Assembly (NCBI GenBank): GCA_905181725.1
Contig: CAJIYX010000059.1
Location: 11,184-75,183 of the forward strand
Source: Alphaproteobacteria bacterium UBA830
Lineage (GTDB): Bacteria > Pseudomonadota > Alphaproteobacteria > MPNO01 > UBA830
Length of the DNA: 64,000 nucleotides
Direction: 5' to 3'
The translations under genes were made by a program, and so were the position numbers. A model generated the notes under the pieces. That model was not told the origin of the DNA and searched no databases. It saw only the letters and a list, made by a program, of their open reading frames with translations. Positions 1 to 10,130 of the stretch are shown in pieces (position 1 is the first letter of the stretch; every line of letters starts with the position of its first letter).

Positions 1-83
1 TTCTCATAGGCCTTGCCGAATGTATTGATAAATTCCGGCACGCCCCGAGGTTTCAGCCGGTAGGTTCTGACTTCGTACAACAT
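1..83 (-). CDS. NIPSNAP family protein (5' part, runs off window)
   Basis: My translation of the minus strand from ATG at 83: MLYEVRTYRLKPRGVPEFINTFGKAYE. The YExRTYxLKP start is typical of NIPSNAP; GGAG RBS upstream. Confidence 0.8.
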   Translation of the reverse strand, partial: MLYEVRTYRLKPRGVPEFINTFGKAYE

Positions 84-157
84 GATGACTCCTTTCGATT
101 TTGAATTATATGAAATTGGTAGAGGATTTTTTATGCTGCGGCCAGCCCGCGGGGAAC

Positions 158-334
158 TCAGACCCACTCGGCGCGGGCGGGCATTCCCAGAAACGATTTT
201 AGCGCATGCCAAAAACGCCCCCGATTAATGTCGAGCTGCGTGTTATGCGCCATGCCCTCGATCGACACGATCTGCTTGTCGCAGTGGGGCAGGCGGGAGA
301 AAAAATCGATCACGTCGGCATCGGTCGCGATGCC
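158..334 (-). pseudogene. C-terminal remnant of an alpha/beta hydrolase
   Basis: Minus-strand frame reads GIATDADVIDFFSRLPHCDKQIVSIEGMAHNTQLDINRGRFWHALKSFLGMPARAEWV*, resembling the catalytic-His end of a hydrolase. An in-frame TAA lies just upstream and the N-terminal part is absent. Confidence 0.65.
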
Positions 335-411
335 GTGGGGCGTTATGAGAATTTATATCGTCGCGCGGCAACGGGAATGCTAAAATAGCGGAAATTGGAG
401 GGAGAACGCAG

Positions 412-1026
412 ATGCCCGATACAGGCACGGCAACCGACATCTCAGCGAGAAGCGAGACCGCACTGGCGTCCCGCGGCATCCATCATCTTGCGCTCACCAC
501 CGAAGACATGCAGATGACGACGGACTTTTTCGTCAACGTCGTCGGCATGCAGCTGGTGCATGCAATGAAGGTTCCGCCCGGTGTCGGCACGGGGCCCAGT
601 AACCGGGGTAACCCGCCTTACGAGGAAATCCGGCACTATTTCTTCGACATGGGCAATGACAGCCTGCTCGCCTATTTCGAAATTCCGAAGGGCGAAAAAA
701 AACTATCCGACCGGGACGATATAGGGGGCATGCAGCACTGCGCTTTCACGGTAACCCCCGATCAGCTTGAAGCGTTGCGTCAGCGATTGGCCGCGGCGGG
801 CGTCGAACATGACGGACCGGTCGATATTCTGCCGGGTTTGGTGTCGATGTATTTCAAGGACCCGAACGGCGTTCGCATGGAAGCCTGCTGCCAACCCGCG
901 GAAGGTGACAACCCGAGCGTGATCGGCTCGGTGCTGCAGACCAGGGCGCAGGCGCGGGCCGAGCTTGAAACCACGGGCGCGTCGGAGGAATGGATTCAAC
1001 AGGTCACGGCGAACCTGGCCGACTGA
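412..1026 (+). CDS. VOC/glyoxalase family protein
   Basis: GIHHLAL, QHCAF and SMYFKDPNGVRME motifs; GGAGG RBS. Confidence 0.9.
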   Translation: MPDTGTATDISARSETALASRGIHHLALTTEDMQMTTDFFVNVVGMQLVHAMKVPPGVGTGPSNRGNPPYEEIRHYFFDMGNDSLLAYFEIPKGEKKLSDRDDIGGMQHCAFTVTPDQLEALRQRLAAAGVEHDGPVDILPGLVSMYFKDPNGVRMEACCQPAEGDNPSVIGSVLQTRAQARAELETTGASEEWIQQVTANLAD

Positions 1027-1084
1027 TCTGCCAGATTGATCCGCGAGACTGGCTGGGCCGGCTGGCCCGACAGGCTTCCCGCGA

Positions 1085-1636
1085 TCAGGAGTCGATGGAT
1101 TCTTTTTTGAACTTGTAGAACTCGTTCTGCGGTGCGGGCCGGGTGTCGGTCCAGGCTTTAAGCGCGGCATGTGCCTCGGTGCGATGCACTGTGCGTTCGC
1201 TCTCGCCGATCACCTCGCAGGTGATCTCGAGGCGGATACCGTTCGGATCGAAGAAATAGATCGATTTGACGAATTCGTGGTCGGTCATCCCGACGACCTC
1301 GATCCCGGCGGCTTCCAGCCGCGTTTTCCATTCCTCGACCTCTGCAACGGTTTTCACCTGCATGGCGAAATGGTTCACCCAGGACGGGGTTTCCGGATCG
1401 GGAATGCACGACGTTTCGTCGCCCAGATCGAAAAATGCGATGTAGCTGCCATCCGCGTATTCGAAAAACAGATGAACATACGGATCAGTGGCGCCTGTGC
1501 TGGGCACGCTGTCGGCCTGAATTACATGCGCCAGCGGCAGATTGAGCAGGTCTTCATAGAAACTGCGGGTCTCCTCGGCGTTCCGGCAGCGATAGGCGCA
1601 GTGATGCAGTCCGCTGATACGATTTAAGGTCGTCAT
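1085..1636 (-). CDS. VOC/glyoxalase family protein
   Basis: GLHHCAYRC, NHFAM and SIYFFDPNGIRLE motifs. Confidence 0.9.
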   Translation of the reverse strand: MTTLNRISGLHHCAYRCRNAEETRSFYEDLLNLPLAHVIQADSVPSTGATDPYVHLFFEYADGSYIAFFDLGDETSCIPDPETPSWVNHFAMQVKTVAEVEEWKTRLEAAGIEVVGMTDHEFVKSIYFFDPNGIRLEITCEVIGESERTVHRTEAHAALKAWTDTRPAPQNEFYKFKKESIDS

Positions 1637-1716
1637 ATCGAAATCCTCACGGTCAATCTGTCATCCAAGGTGAAAATCTATCTCAAACGATGCGTGATGT
1701 CTCCAACGGGCCTTCC

Positions 1717-2183
1717 TTACGGAGCATCCAGCTCACCGGACCGCACCTGGCGGCGGATTTCCGCCAATGTGCTGCCACACCCTGAAAGTAACTCTGCGAC
1801 ATGCGTTCGGCGAATGCTGTTTCTTCCGGACTGCCATCTGCCAGTCCGTCGACATCCAGGGTGAATGTAAAACGAAGTCCCATACTGCCGTCGTCCAGTG
1901 TGAGGATTTCGTTCAGGATCGTGCCCATGGCGGCGCTTCTGGTGCGCTCGAACGTCACGCGTTCTTCAGGCTCGAAGGTCACGCGTTCCTGCATGTCCTC
2001 GTCGCGTAGTGTAAAATCCCGCAGCAGCCAGTTATCGCCCCGGTCGATGACCGTGCATGCGGTCATGGCGTCCAGAAACGGGACCGGATTTTCCGCCTTC
2101 AGCAGCAATCCCTGCCAGATCTGGGGACGGTTCAGGGCGGGTTCTTTGGTATTCACCGGCATCGTATGGCTGAGCGTGAACAT
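1717..2183 (-). CDS. AtaL-like (DUF1857, SRPBCC fold) protein with an apparent 1-nt frameshift near 1770
   Basis: QIWQGLLLKAENPVPF motif. After YFQGVA a shifted frame gives the natural-looking end TLAEIRRQVRSGELDAP* (TAA at 1717-1719). Confidence 0.75.
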
Positions 2184-2294
2184 TGGCGCCTCCCCTTTTA
2201 ATTGATGCTATGCCGGTGGTGCGATTGCGGCAAGCAAGCTGCGCGATTTACACGATTCATCGCATCCTCTAAAGCTGCGCCCGAACGGAGTGGT

Positions 2295-2933
2295 ATGCCA
2301 TCCAGCAAAGATAAATCAGGGCCCGGCGGCAAACCCGTGATCGCCTATGACCAGCGCCTGGCGAAGGCCGTTGTCAGCGTGATCGAGGGGTTGCCGATTT
2401 CGCCCAATGCGCTGACGGCGCTCGGTATGGTGATAGGCATTGCGTCAGGCTTTCTCTATGCCGAAGGTACGTGGCCCGCGATGCTCGGCGGCTCGTTCCT
2501 GTTCATGGTCGCGGTGTGGATGGACCATGTCGACGGCGAATTCGCCCGGTCGACGGGGAAAACCAGCACTTTCGGGCACTATTTCGATCATGTCGGTGCG
2601 ATGTCGAGCTATTGCGCGATGTTTGTCGGCGCCGGGTACGGTCTGCGGGATACCTGGCTTGGCGAATGGGCGGTGCCCTGCGGGATTACCGCGGGCGTGT
2701 CGGTCGCGCTGATCTTTTCGATCCGGATGTGGCAGGAAAGCGTCTATGGCAAGGAAACGACCGAACAGGCCGTTCGCGGCGGCTTCGAGATAGAAGATAC
2801 GTTGTACGTTGTGGGTCCGATCACCTGGATTGGCGCAATGCCGCCCTTCATCGCCGCCGCCGGTATCGGCACGCCGCTCTATCTGCTCTACGCTACTTGG
2901 GAAGCTGCGGGCCACGTGCGGCGCAACCGCTGA
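2295..2933 (+). CDS. CDP-alcohol phosphatidyltransferase family protein
   Basis: ISPNALT and DHVDGEFARSTGKTSTFGHYFD (DxxDGxxAR...GxxxD) motifs; GGAG before ATG 2295. Confidence 0.9.
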   Translation: MPSSKDKSGPGGKPVIAYDQRLAKAVVSVIEGLPISPNALTALGMVIGIASGFLYAEGTWPAMLGGSFLFMVAVWMDHVDGEFARSTGKTSTFGHYFDHVGAMSSYCAMFVGAGYGLRDTWLGEWAVPCGITAGVSVALIFSIRMWQESVYGKETTEQAVRGGFEIEDTLYVVGPITWIGAMPPFIAAAGIGTPLYLLYATWEAAGHVRRNR

Positions 2934-5578
2934 TGTCTGGCCCGCGTAGTGGCGCTGGCAGGGAAAGAGCCAATCCGTTTTCGACGATGATGGGCGCCAT
3001 AATATCTTATGGCCAGATGTCGCCATGGGTAGTGCTGGCGGGCGCGCTTGTTTTTACGGCTCTTTCGGGTTTTTACGCCGTCGGTAATCTGAAGATCGAT
3101 ACAGACACGGCCGGCATGATTTCAGAGGATTTGCCGTTTCGTCAGCGTTACAAGGCATTTCGCGAGGCATTCCCCGCCCTGTCAGATAATGTCGCGATTG
3201 TTGTCGATGCCGACCTGCCCGACCGCGCAGATGAAGCCACGGAAATTCTCGCTGCCAAACTGCGCGCCGATCCGGAAAAATTCCCATTCGTCTTTTCGCC
3301 CGAGACCAACCCTTTCTTCGTGCGCAACGGCCTGCTCTATCTCGATCGTGAGGCTCTTGCAGATCTGTCCGACGAGATCGCGGAATCCCAAGCGTTTCTC
3401 GTAAAACTCGCGGGAGACCCCTCAATGCGCGGTCTTGCCGCTGTTTTGATCGACGCTGTCGACGGTATTGAGGAGAAAGAACAGGCGGCGCGTATCGCGA
3501 CGGTGTTGGACCGTTTGACGGCCGTCGCGACGTCAGTCGGGCAGGATAAGCCCGCTGCGTTGTCATGGCGCGCCCTGATCGGCGGGGCGCAGGATAAAGG
3601 AACGACGCGGCGGGTGATCATCACCCAGCCACGCGTCGATTTCAGCTCACTTTCTCCGGCGGCCGGCGCCATGGAGCGTATCCGCGCGCTCGCACGCGAG
3701 TCGGGTCTGACGCCTGAGACCGGGGTGACGGTGCGGCTGACCGGCGGTGTTGTAATCTCGACGGAGGAGCTCGAAAGCGTCACGACAGGTGCCACGAATG
3801 CGGGGCTTGTCAGCCTTGTGCTGGTGACACTGCTGCTGGCCTGGGGGATCCGGTCGCTGCGTCTGGTGCTTGCGATCCTCGCGGCCCTGATCGTCGGTCT
3901 TGTCTGGACGGCGGGCTTCACGACCCTGGCGATCGGCCATCTCAATCTGGTTTCGGTCGCGTTCGCGGTGTTGTTTATCGGGCTAGGGGTCGATTTCGGT
4001 ATCCACTTCGCGCTGCGGTTCCGCGAGGAACGTCTCGGTGACGACGATGGCGACAGCGATCCGCCCGATGCATTGCGCCGCACGGGGCGTGGACTGTCGG
4101 GGCCTCTGGCGCTCTGTGCGCTCGCTGCTGCAATCTCGTTCTTCTCGTTCGTGCCGACCGACTACCGCGGCCTGTCGGAGCTCGGCCTGATTGCGGGCGT
4201 CGGCATGTTTATCGCCTTTACTGCGACGTTCACAATCATACCGGCCTTCCTCACGGTTTTCCCGCCGGGTGCGCTGGCGTCCTCGCCGACTGGGCGTAAA
4301 TCGCCCTCGCTGCCGGACCGGCGTATCGCTGTCGCAGCACTTATTCTCGGGGGAGCTGCCGCCGCGACCGTCCCGTTTGCGCGGTTCGATCTCGATCCGA
4401 TCAAGCTACGTGATCCGTCGACGGAATCCGTCAGCACCTTCCGCGATCTTGCCGCGACGGCGGGCGCGTCTCCTTATACGATAGAGCTGCTGACACCTTC
4501 GCTGTCAGACGCTTATACTCTGGCCGGAAAACTTCGCGCCCTGCCCGAGGTCGGCAAGACCGTGACGGCCACCGATCTCGTGCCGACCGAGCAGACCGAA
4601 AAGCTCGAGATGATCGATGACCTGAATATCTTTCTGGCGCCGCTCCGGCTGGATAGCCCGGCGGCTGCATTGAATGCCGCGGATCGCGAAAAAGCATTCG
4701 TGACACTTCGCGCGGCCCTCGCGCGCGGTGCCGCGCGTGATCTTCCTGACCTGGCCGACCTTGCAGCGGCGGCAACCAGGCTGAATACCGCCTTGGCGGC
4801 GTTGGATGCCGGGGCGGATGACGGGACAAAACAGGCAGCGTTCGAAGCCCTAGTATTCAGACATTTTTCGCCGCAGATAGACCGTTTGAAGCTGACCCTG
4901 GATGCCGGGCCCTTGGCGTTGAAGGATTTGCCGGCCGAAATTCTGGACCGTTATCTTGCGCCGAACGGCCGTGCCCGGGTTCAGGTCTACCCGACCGGAA
5001 ACCTGGAAGACCCGGAGGCGCTGAAACGCTTCGTAGAGGCCGTGCGGACAATCGCGCCGGATGCCACCGACAGCCCGGTGGAGATTATCGAAGCGGGCAG
5101 GGCGGTGGTCAATTCGGTTGTGACCGCCGCGCTGATTTCCATTTTCGCCGTCACGCTGATGATTTTTCTGGTACTCAGATCGGCGCGGGATACCCTGCTG
5201 GTGCTTATCCCGCTGCTTCTGGCCGCCCTGTATACGGTGGCGGCGACAGTTTTGCTGTCGATGCCGTTCAATTTCGCCAACGTGATCGTGCTGCCGCTGC
5301 TGATGGGGCTGGGCGTCGCCAATGGCATACATCTTGTCGCCCGCGCGCGCGAAGAAAGTTCCGGTGCGGCGGCGTTTTCGACATCCACACCGCGTGCGGT
5401 TATTTTCAGTTCGCTGACGACGATCGCCTCGTTCGGCAGTCTCGCGGTCTCAAACCACCGCGGGACGGCAAGCATGGGAGAATTACTGGTGCTGTCGATC
5501 GGCCTCACCCTTGTGTGCACGCTGATCGTTCTGCCGGCATTGATGCAGCTCTGGCCGGATGAGAAGGTTAAGTCATGA
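2933..5578 (+). CDS. hpnN: MMPL/RND transporter, hopanoid-associated HpnN type
   Basis: FFVRNGLLYL, GLGVDFGIH, GLSELG and NFANVIVLPLLMGLGV motifs; two TM bundles; ATG overlaps the upstream TGA. Confidence 0.85.
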   Translation: MSGPRSGAGRERANPFSTMMGAIISYGQMSPWVVLAGALVFTALSGFYAVGNLKIDTDTAGMISEDLPFRQRYKAFREAFPALSDNVAIVVDADLPDRADEATEILAAKLRADPEKFPFVFSPETNPFFVRNGLLYLDREALADLSDEIAESQAFLVKLAGDPSMRGLAAVLIDAVDGIEEKEQAARIATVLDRLTAVATSVGQDKPAALSWRALIGGAQDKGTTRRVIITQPRVDFSSLSPAAGAMERIRALARESGLTPETGVTVRLTGGVVISTEELESVTTGATNAGLVSLVLVTLLLAWGIRSLRLVLAILAALIVGLVWTAGFTTLAIGHLNLVSVAFAVLFIGLGVDFGIHFALRFREERLGDDDGDSDPPDALRRTGRGLSGPLALCALAAAISFFSFVPTDYRGLSELGLIAGVGMFIAFTATFTIIPAFLTVFPPGALASSPTGRKSPSLPDRRIAVAALILGGAAAATVPFARFDLDPIKLRDPSTESVSTFRDLAATAGASPYTIELLTPSLSDAYTLAGKLRALPEVGKTVTATDLVPTEQTEKLEMIDDLNIFLAPLRLDSPAAALNAADREKAFVTLRAALARGAARDLPDLADLAAAATRLNTALAALDAGADDGTKQAAFEALVFRHFSPQIDRLKLTLDAGPLALKDLPAEILDRYLAPNGRARVQVYPTGNLEDPEALKRFVEAVRTIAPDATDSPVEIIEAGRAVVNSVVTAALISIFAVTLMIFLVLRSARDTLLVLIPLLLAALYTVAATVLLSMPFNFANVIVLPLLMGLGVANGIHLVARAREESSGAAAFSTSTPRAVIFSSLTTIASFGSLAVSNHRGTASMGELLVLSIGLTLVCTLIVLPALMQLWPDEKVKS

Positions 5579-5683
5579 CCGCGAAGGCACCAAGACAGTC
5601 GATTCCCCATAATCAGGCGATATGCGCGATCATAAACATAAACGATCTGTTGCGCAGGCTGCGCCAACCTAAGGGTTAGAAAA

Positions 5684-6676
5684 ATGCGCGCGCTTGTCAC
5701 CGGAACATCCGGGTTTGTCGGGTCCGCCGTCGCCAGGCGGCTGGCCGAGGACGGTCACGATATCCGGGTTCTCGTGCGGCCAACGAGCGACCGCCGCAAT
5801 CTGGAAGGGCTCTCGGTCGAGATCGTCGAAGGCGATCTTGCGCAACCCGAAACGCTCGAACCCGCGGTGGTCGGCTGCGATGCCGTGTTTCACGTCGCCG
5901 CAGATTACCGTATCTGGGTGCCCGATGGCGGCGCATCCATGTACCGGGCGAATGTCGACGGCACCCGTGACCTGATCCGGGCGGCGAGCGATGGCGGGGT
6001 CAGCCGCTTCGTCTATACCAGTTCAGTGGCCGTGCTGTACCCGTTGCCTGGCACCGGGGTCGCGGATGAGACGGCAGCCGCGACCGTCGATGACATGATC
6101 AGTCATTACAAGAAATCCAAATTCCTCGCGGAAGAAGAGGTGATGCGGCTGGTGCGTGAAGAATCCGCGCCGGTGGTGATCGTGAACCCGGCGGCGCCGT
6201 TCGGCCCGCGCGACATCAAGCCGACGCCGACCGGGCGCATCGTGCTCGATGCCGCAAAGGGCCGGATGCCCGCCTATCTCGATACCGGGCTGAATGCCGT
6301 TCATGTCGACGACGTCGCTGAAGGTCATATGCTGGCATTTGAGAAGGGCGAGATCGGCGAGAGATATATTCTTGGCGGCGACAACATGACGCTGCGCGAT
6401 ATTATCCAGACCGTTACCGATCACGTCGGGCGGCCCGGTCCGTGGCTAAAACTGCCACGCGCGCCGCTTTTCCCCGTTGCCTGGGCAGCGGAACGCGTCG
6501 CCCGCGTGACCGGCCAAGAACCCGTGGTGACGGTTGATGCGCTCAGGATGGCGGCGAAGCATATGTACTATTCGTCGGACAAGGCACGAGAAAAACTGGG
6601 CTACGCGCCGCGCCCGGCCAAGCAGGCGCTGACCGAAGCCGCCGACTGGTTTCGCGAAAACGGTTTTCTGGACTAG
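5684..6676 (+). CDS. hpnA: Hopanoid-associated NAD-dependent epimerase/dehydratase
   Basis: GTSGFVG, FHVAADYRIW, YKKSK and GPRDIKPTPTGR motifs. Confidence 0.85.
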   Translation: MRALVTGTSGFVGSAVARRLAEDGHDIRVLVRPTSDRRNLEGLSVEIVEGDLAQPETLEPAVVGCDAVFHVAADYRIWVPDGGASMYRANVDGTRDLIRAASDGGVSRFVYTSSVAVLYPLPGTGVADETAAATVDDMISHYKKSKFLAEEEVMRLVREESAPVVIVNPAAPFGPRDIKPTPTGRIVLDAAKGRMPAYLDTGLNAVHVDDVAEGHMLAFEKGEIGERYILGGDNMTLRDIIQTVTDHVGRPGPWLKLPRAPLFPVAWAAERVARVTGQEPVVTVDALRMAAKHMYYSSDKAREKLGYAPRPAKQALTEAADWFRENGFLD

Positions 6677-6708
6677 AAGGCCCGCCGCCGTCTAGCATTT
6701 GCCGCCCG

Positions 6709-7365
6709 CTATTTCGTGCCGTACATCCGGTCGCCCGCATCGCCGAGACCCGGACGGATATAGGCGTGATCGTCAAGCTCGCGGTCGACCGCAGCGGTGA
6801 CGACCAGCACATCCGGATGGGCCTTTGTAAACACTTCTAGGCCTTCCGGCGCGGCGACCACGCAGACGAACTTGATGCGTTTTGCGCCTGCCTGCTTGAG
6901 CCGCTGGACGGCCGCCGACGCAGAGCCACCGGTTGCAAGCATGGGATCGACCACAATGCACAGGCGTTCTTCGAGCTTGTCCGGCAGCTTGATGTAATAT
7001 TCCACCGGCACATGGGTGTCGGGATCCCGGTACAGGCCGATATGGCCGACACCGGCGGTCGGCATCAGGTCCAGCATGCCGTCGAGCAGGCCGTTACCGG
7101 CGCGCAGGATGGAAATCAGGCAGAGTTTCCCGCCGTCGATCCGGGAGCCTGTCATGGGCTCCAGCGGTGTGTCGATTTCGACCTTTTCGACCTCAAGATC
7201 GCGGCAGACCTCATAGGCCAGCAACTGGCTGATTTCGCGCAACCCGCTGCGGAATAGCGCGGAATCGGTTTTAGTGTCGCGGATCAGGGTGAGCTTATGC
7301 TGCACCAGCGGGTGGTCGACGACTTCAATGATGGCGTTCGTCGCCCGGATGGTCTGGTTGGTCAC
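6709..7365 (-). CDS. upp: Uracil phosphoribosyltransferase (URC6 equivalent)
   Basis: [24 protein letters not shown] and [12 protein letters not shown] motifs; GTG start after AGGGGA. Confidence 0.97.
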   Translation of the reverse strand: MTNQTIRATNAIIEVVDHPLVQHKLTLIRDTKTDSALFRSGLREISQLLAYEVCRDLEVEKVEIDTPLEPMTGSRIDGGKLCLISILRAGNGLLDGMLDLMPTAGVGHIGLYRDPDTHVPVEYYIKLPDKLEERLCIVVDPMLATGGSASAAVQRLKQAGAKRIKFVCVVAAPEGLEVFTKAHPDVLVVTAAVDRELDDHAYIRPGLGDAGDRMYGTK

Positions 7366-7375
7366 GGTCTTTCCC

Positions 7376-8629
7376 CTAAAACACGGTTGCATCGCTTTGG
7401 ATGATCAGTGGCGGCCCGCCGCCCTCGCGCAGTTCCGCGGCGATCCGGCGCCCAGCAGACCAGGTCCCGCCCTGCAGCACGCTCGCCAGCGGCAGCGCAT
7501 CGCTATCCAGGCCAAGGGCTGCGCGTACTTCGTCGGCGATCCGGTCGAGCAGGGCGACGGTGAGTGCTCGCCATTCGACGATCAGCTCGCTCGATGGCGC
7601 ATGCGCCTGTTTGGATAACGCCGGGTCTTTCAGTGCCAGCACGCTGGTATCGACGAACAGACCGCCATTGCGGTATTCGGCGAGGCCTGTCAGCCCGTCG
7701 AGATCGGTGACGGTCGTCCCCGCCTGCTGCAACGGTTCGATCAGCGAATAGGACAGCCATTGCGACAGTTTGTGAAACGGCACGATACCGGTTGTCTCGT
7801 CGGTGCGTGAAATCGCCGGGTGTATGCCGACATCCCCGAGCGGAATGTCGCCGATGCGGACCGGTGACGGCCAGATATCGGTCAGTGTGTCGAGCAGGGC
7901 AATCAGGATATCGCGTGCCTGGATGGTCTGCCGTTGCCCAAGCCAGAGCAGGATGTTGCCGGGACGGGTGGCGCCGGCCGCGGCAAAGACATCGGGGCGA
8001 TTGGCGACCACCTGCCCGAGTTTCTGCAGAAGCCCGGCCCGCTGTTCCAGTCCGACAAGCGGATTGTTCGCGTCGACCTGTAACACGTCGCCCAGTCGTT
8101 CCGGGGTCAGTGCCATCAGGGCATCTGCATCGGCGCGTAACGGATCGTTTGCGGTGGCGCTCAGCGCGCCGGATTCGAACAGGCGCAGACTTGCAAGTGC
8201 CAACCCTTCGGAACGGCCGAGCCGAAGACCGGTCTGGGCGTCGTTATACACCCAGTCGGGGCCCGCACCCGCATCGAGCAGCACCGAGACAATCGCAAGA
8301 TCGCCCGCGGCGGCGAGAAGATCATTGCCGTCCAGACATGCCTGCGCGGCACGGTTTGCCCATAGATCGGCGCCATCAAATTCGAAATGCCGCCAGCGGC
8401 TGTGAAACGGAACGTCGAGCGCCGGATAGTTCGTCCGTATTTCGGATGCGACCCGGTCCGTGGTTTCCGCAAGGCGGGCCGGATCAACATCGAACCAGGC
8501 CAGTTCCCCGGCGATCCCGGAGGCGAGAATTTCGCCGCAGCGGATTCTGACCGCTTCCGGGGTCATGAGATCGCGAATGGCCGCCGCCGACGGATCGGGG
8601 GCGGGTGTCTGGGTAGCCGGTGAGCTCAC
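7376..8629 (-). CDS. URC4/urg3 family protein (DUF1688)
   Basis: [36 protein letters not shown] and [10 protein letters not shown] motifs; GTG overlaps the upstream stop. Confidence 0.9.
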   Translation of the reverse strand: MSSPATQTPAPDPSAAAIRDLMTPEAVRIRCGEILASGIAGELAWFDVDPARLAETTDRVASEIRTNYPALDVPFHSRWRHFEFDGADLWANRAAQACLDGNDLLAAAGDLAIVSVLLDAGAGPDWVYNDAQTGLRLGRSEGLALASLRLFESGALSATANDPLRADADALMALTPERLGDVLQVDANNPLVGLEQRAGLLQKLGQVVANRPDVFAAAGATRPGNILLWLGQRQTIQARDILIALLDTLTDIWPSPVRIGDIPLGDVGIHPAISRTDETTGIVPFHKLSQWLSYSLIEPLQQAGTTVTDLDGLTGLAEYRNGGLFVDTSVLALKDPALSKQAHAPSSELIVEWRALTVALLDRIADEVRAALGLDSDALPLASVLQGGTWSAGRRIAAELREGGGPPLIIQSDATVF

Positions 8630-9870
8630 AGCAGGTCGCGCCCTTTGACGTTTTTCAGCGCGTCCGCGTCCTTGATGGTGGCCTGGGTGAAATACCCGGC
8701 GGCTTTCTTGGCTTCCATTTCGACCTGCGCATCTTCCGGAATCAGTTCTTCGGGCAGGTCGAGGCGTTCGCCGATTTCGATACCCTGGCTGACAAGCGCA
8801 TCGTGCTTCATGTCGCTCGCCGACGCGAAGCGGTCGAGACGCTGCACGCCCAGCCAGTGGAAAATATCGGGCATCAGTTCCTGGAAGCGGGCGTCCTGAA
8901 CGCCGGCGACGCATTCGGTCCGCTCAAAATACTTGGCGGCGTTGTCGCCTTCTTCCTGACGCTTGCGCGCGTTATAGACGAGGAATTTGGTGACCTCGCC
9001 GAGAGCGCGGCCTTCCTTGCGGTTATAGACAACCAGTCCGTTGCCGCCCTGTTGCGCCATTTCCACGCAGAGCTCGATCCCGTGCGTCAGATAGGGGCGG
9101 CAGGTGCAGATGTCCGAACCGAATACGTCCGACCCGTTGCATTCGTCATGCACCCGACAGGCCAACGGCACGGCTTTATCCGACAGCGTCGCCGGGTCGC
9201 CGAAGATATAGGCGGACAACCCGCCGATCGGCGGCAGAAAGACTTCAAGATCGTTCCGGGTGACAAGCTCCGGATACATTCCGCCGGTATAGGTGAACAG
9301 GGCGTGGCGTAATGTGCTGGTCTCGCAGCCAAGGCGTTTGGCCATGCCCGGCAGGTGCCAGACCGGATCGACGGCGATTTTCGTGACGTGGACATCGCCG
9401 TTTTCCATCAGAACCTTGCCATCTGCTTTCAGACGCCCAAGGGTGATGGCTTCGCGCAGCTCCAGCATCGACAGACGCGCCTGGGTAACGGCGATTGTCG
9501 GCCGGATGTTGATACCGGCGGCGAGCTGTTCGGCGAAGTATTCGGTGACCATATGTCCAAGCGGGTCGATCGAGACGATTTTGCCCGGCTCGGACCATTG
9601 AGGATACGGGCCAATGTCGATAATCGGCGACGTGTTATGCAGATCCGGCTTGAAATCCGGGTTCAGCCGTCCTGCCGCGACCGACGCCGCGAGGTAGACC
9701 GAATAACTGCCTGAATGGGTGCCGATGGTGTTCCGCGCCGTCGTGTCCGTGACGGTGCCGATCACCGGCCCGCGTTTCGACGGATCGGCTTCTCCCCAGT
9801 GGATCGGAGAAGTTTGTACTTCTCCGACGGGCGGGTGAGAAGTCAGTATAATATGTTCTGGAGTGCTCAT
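8626..9870 (-). CDS. URC1-type GTP cyclohydrolase II-like protein
   Basis: RNTIGTHSGSY N-terminal domain, RVHDECNGSDVFGSDICTC Zn motif, KEGRALGEVTK. Confidence 0.92.
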   Translation of the reverse strand: MSTPEHIILTSHPPVGEVQTSPIHWGEADPSKRGPVIGTVTDTTARNTIGTHSGSYSVYLAASVAAGRLNPDFKPDLHNTSPIIDIGPYPQWSEPGKIVSIDPLGHMVTEYFAEQLAAGINIRPTIAVTQARLSMLELREAITLGRLKADGKVLMENGDVHVTKIAVDPVWHLPGMAKRLGCETSTLRHALFTYTGGMYPELVTRNDLEVFLPPIGGLSAYIFGDPATLSDKAVPLACRVHDECNGSDVFGSDICTCRPYLTHGIELCVEMAQQGGNGLVVYNRKEGRALGEVTKFLVYNARKRQEEGDNAAKYFERTECVAGVQDARFQELMPDIFHWLGVQRLDRFASASDMKHDALVSQGIEIGERLDLPEELIPEDAQVEMEAKKAAGYFTQATIKDADALKNVKGRDLL

Positions 9871-10130
9871 GGCGACAACTCTATTTTCCGCAATAAGCGC
9901 GTAAGTGTACCTAGCAAATCATTTAGCGTCTATTAAATTTTTGCGTAATTTTTATTTCCAATATGTGTTCGGTGAGATTTCGGTTCATGATGAGCTGTGT
10001 AAATAACGGGCCTACGGTGCTTTTTATTTGTGCGTGCATTGTCTGCTCATTGCGCCGGTCACGCCGACGGTTTTGTTCCCGCGGAAACTCGTTATAATCG
10101 TTTGCAACCTTACAAATCGGGGAGCCGGCC

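Noticed and set aside
206-388. 60-aa '+' ORF in the track
   Set aside because: It is a shadow of the minus-strand hydrolase remnant at 158-334.
9871-10130. Riboswitch upstream of the URC operon
   Set aside because: AT-rich divergent promoter region with no riboswitch consensus that I could recognise. An Rfam scan would settle it.
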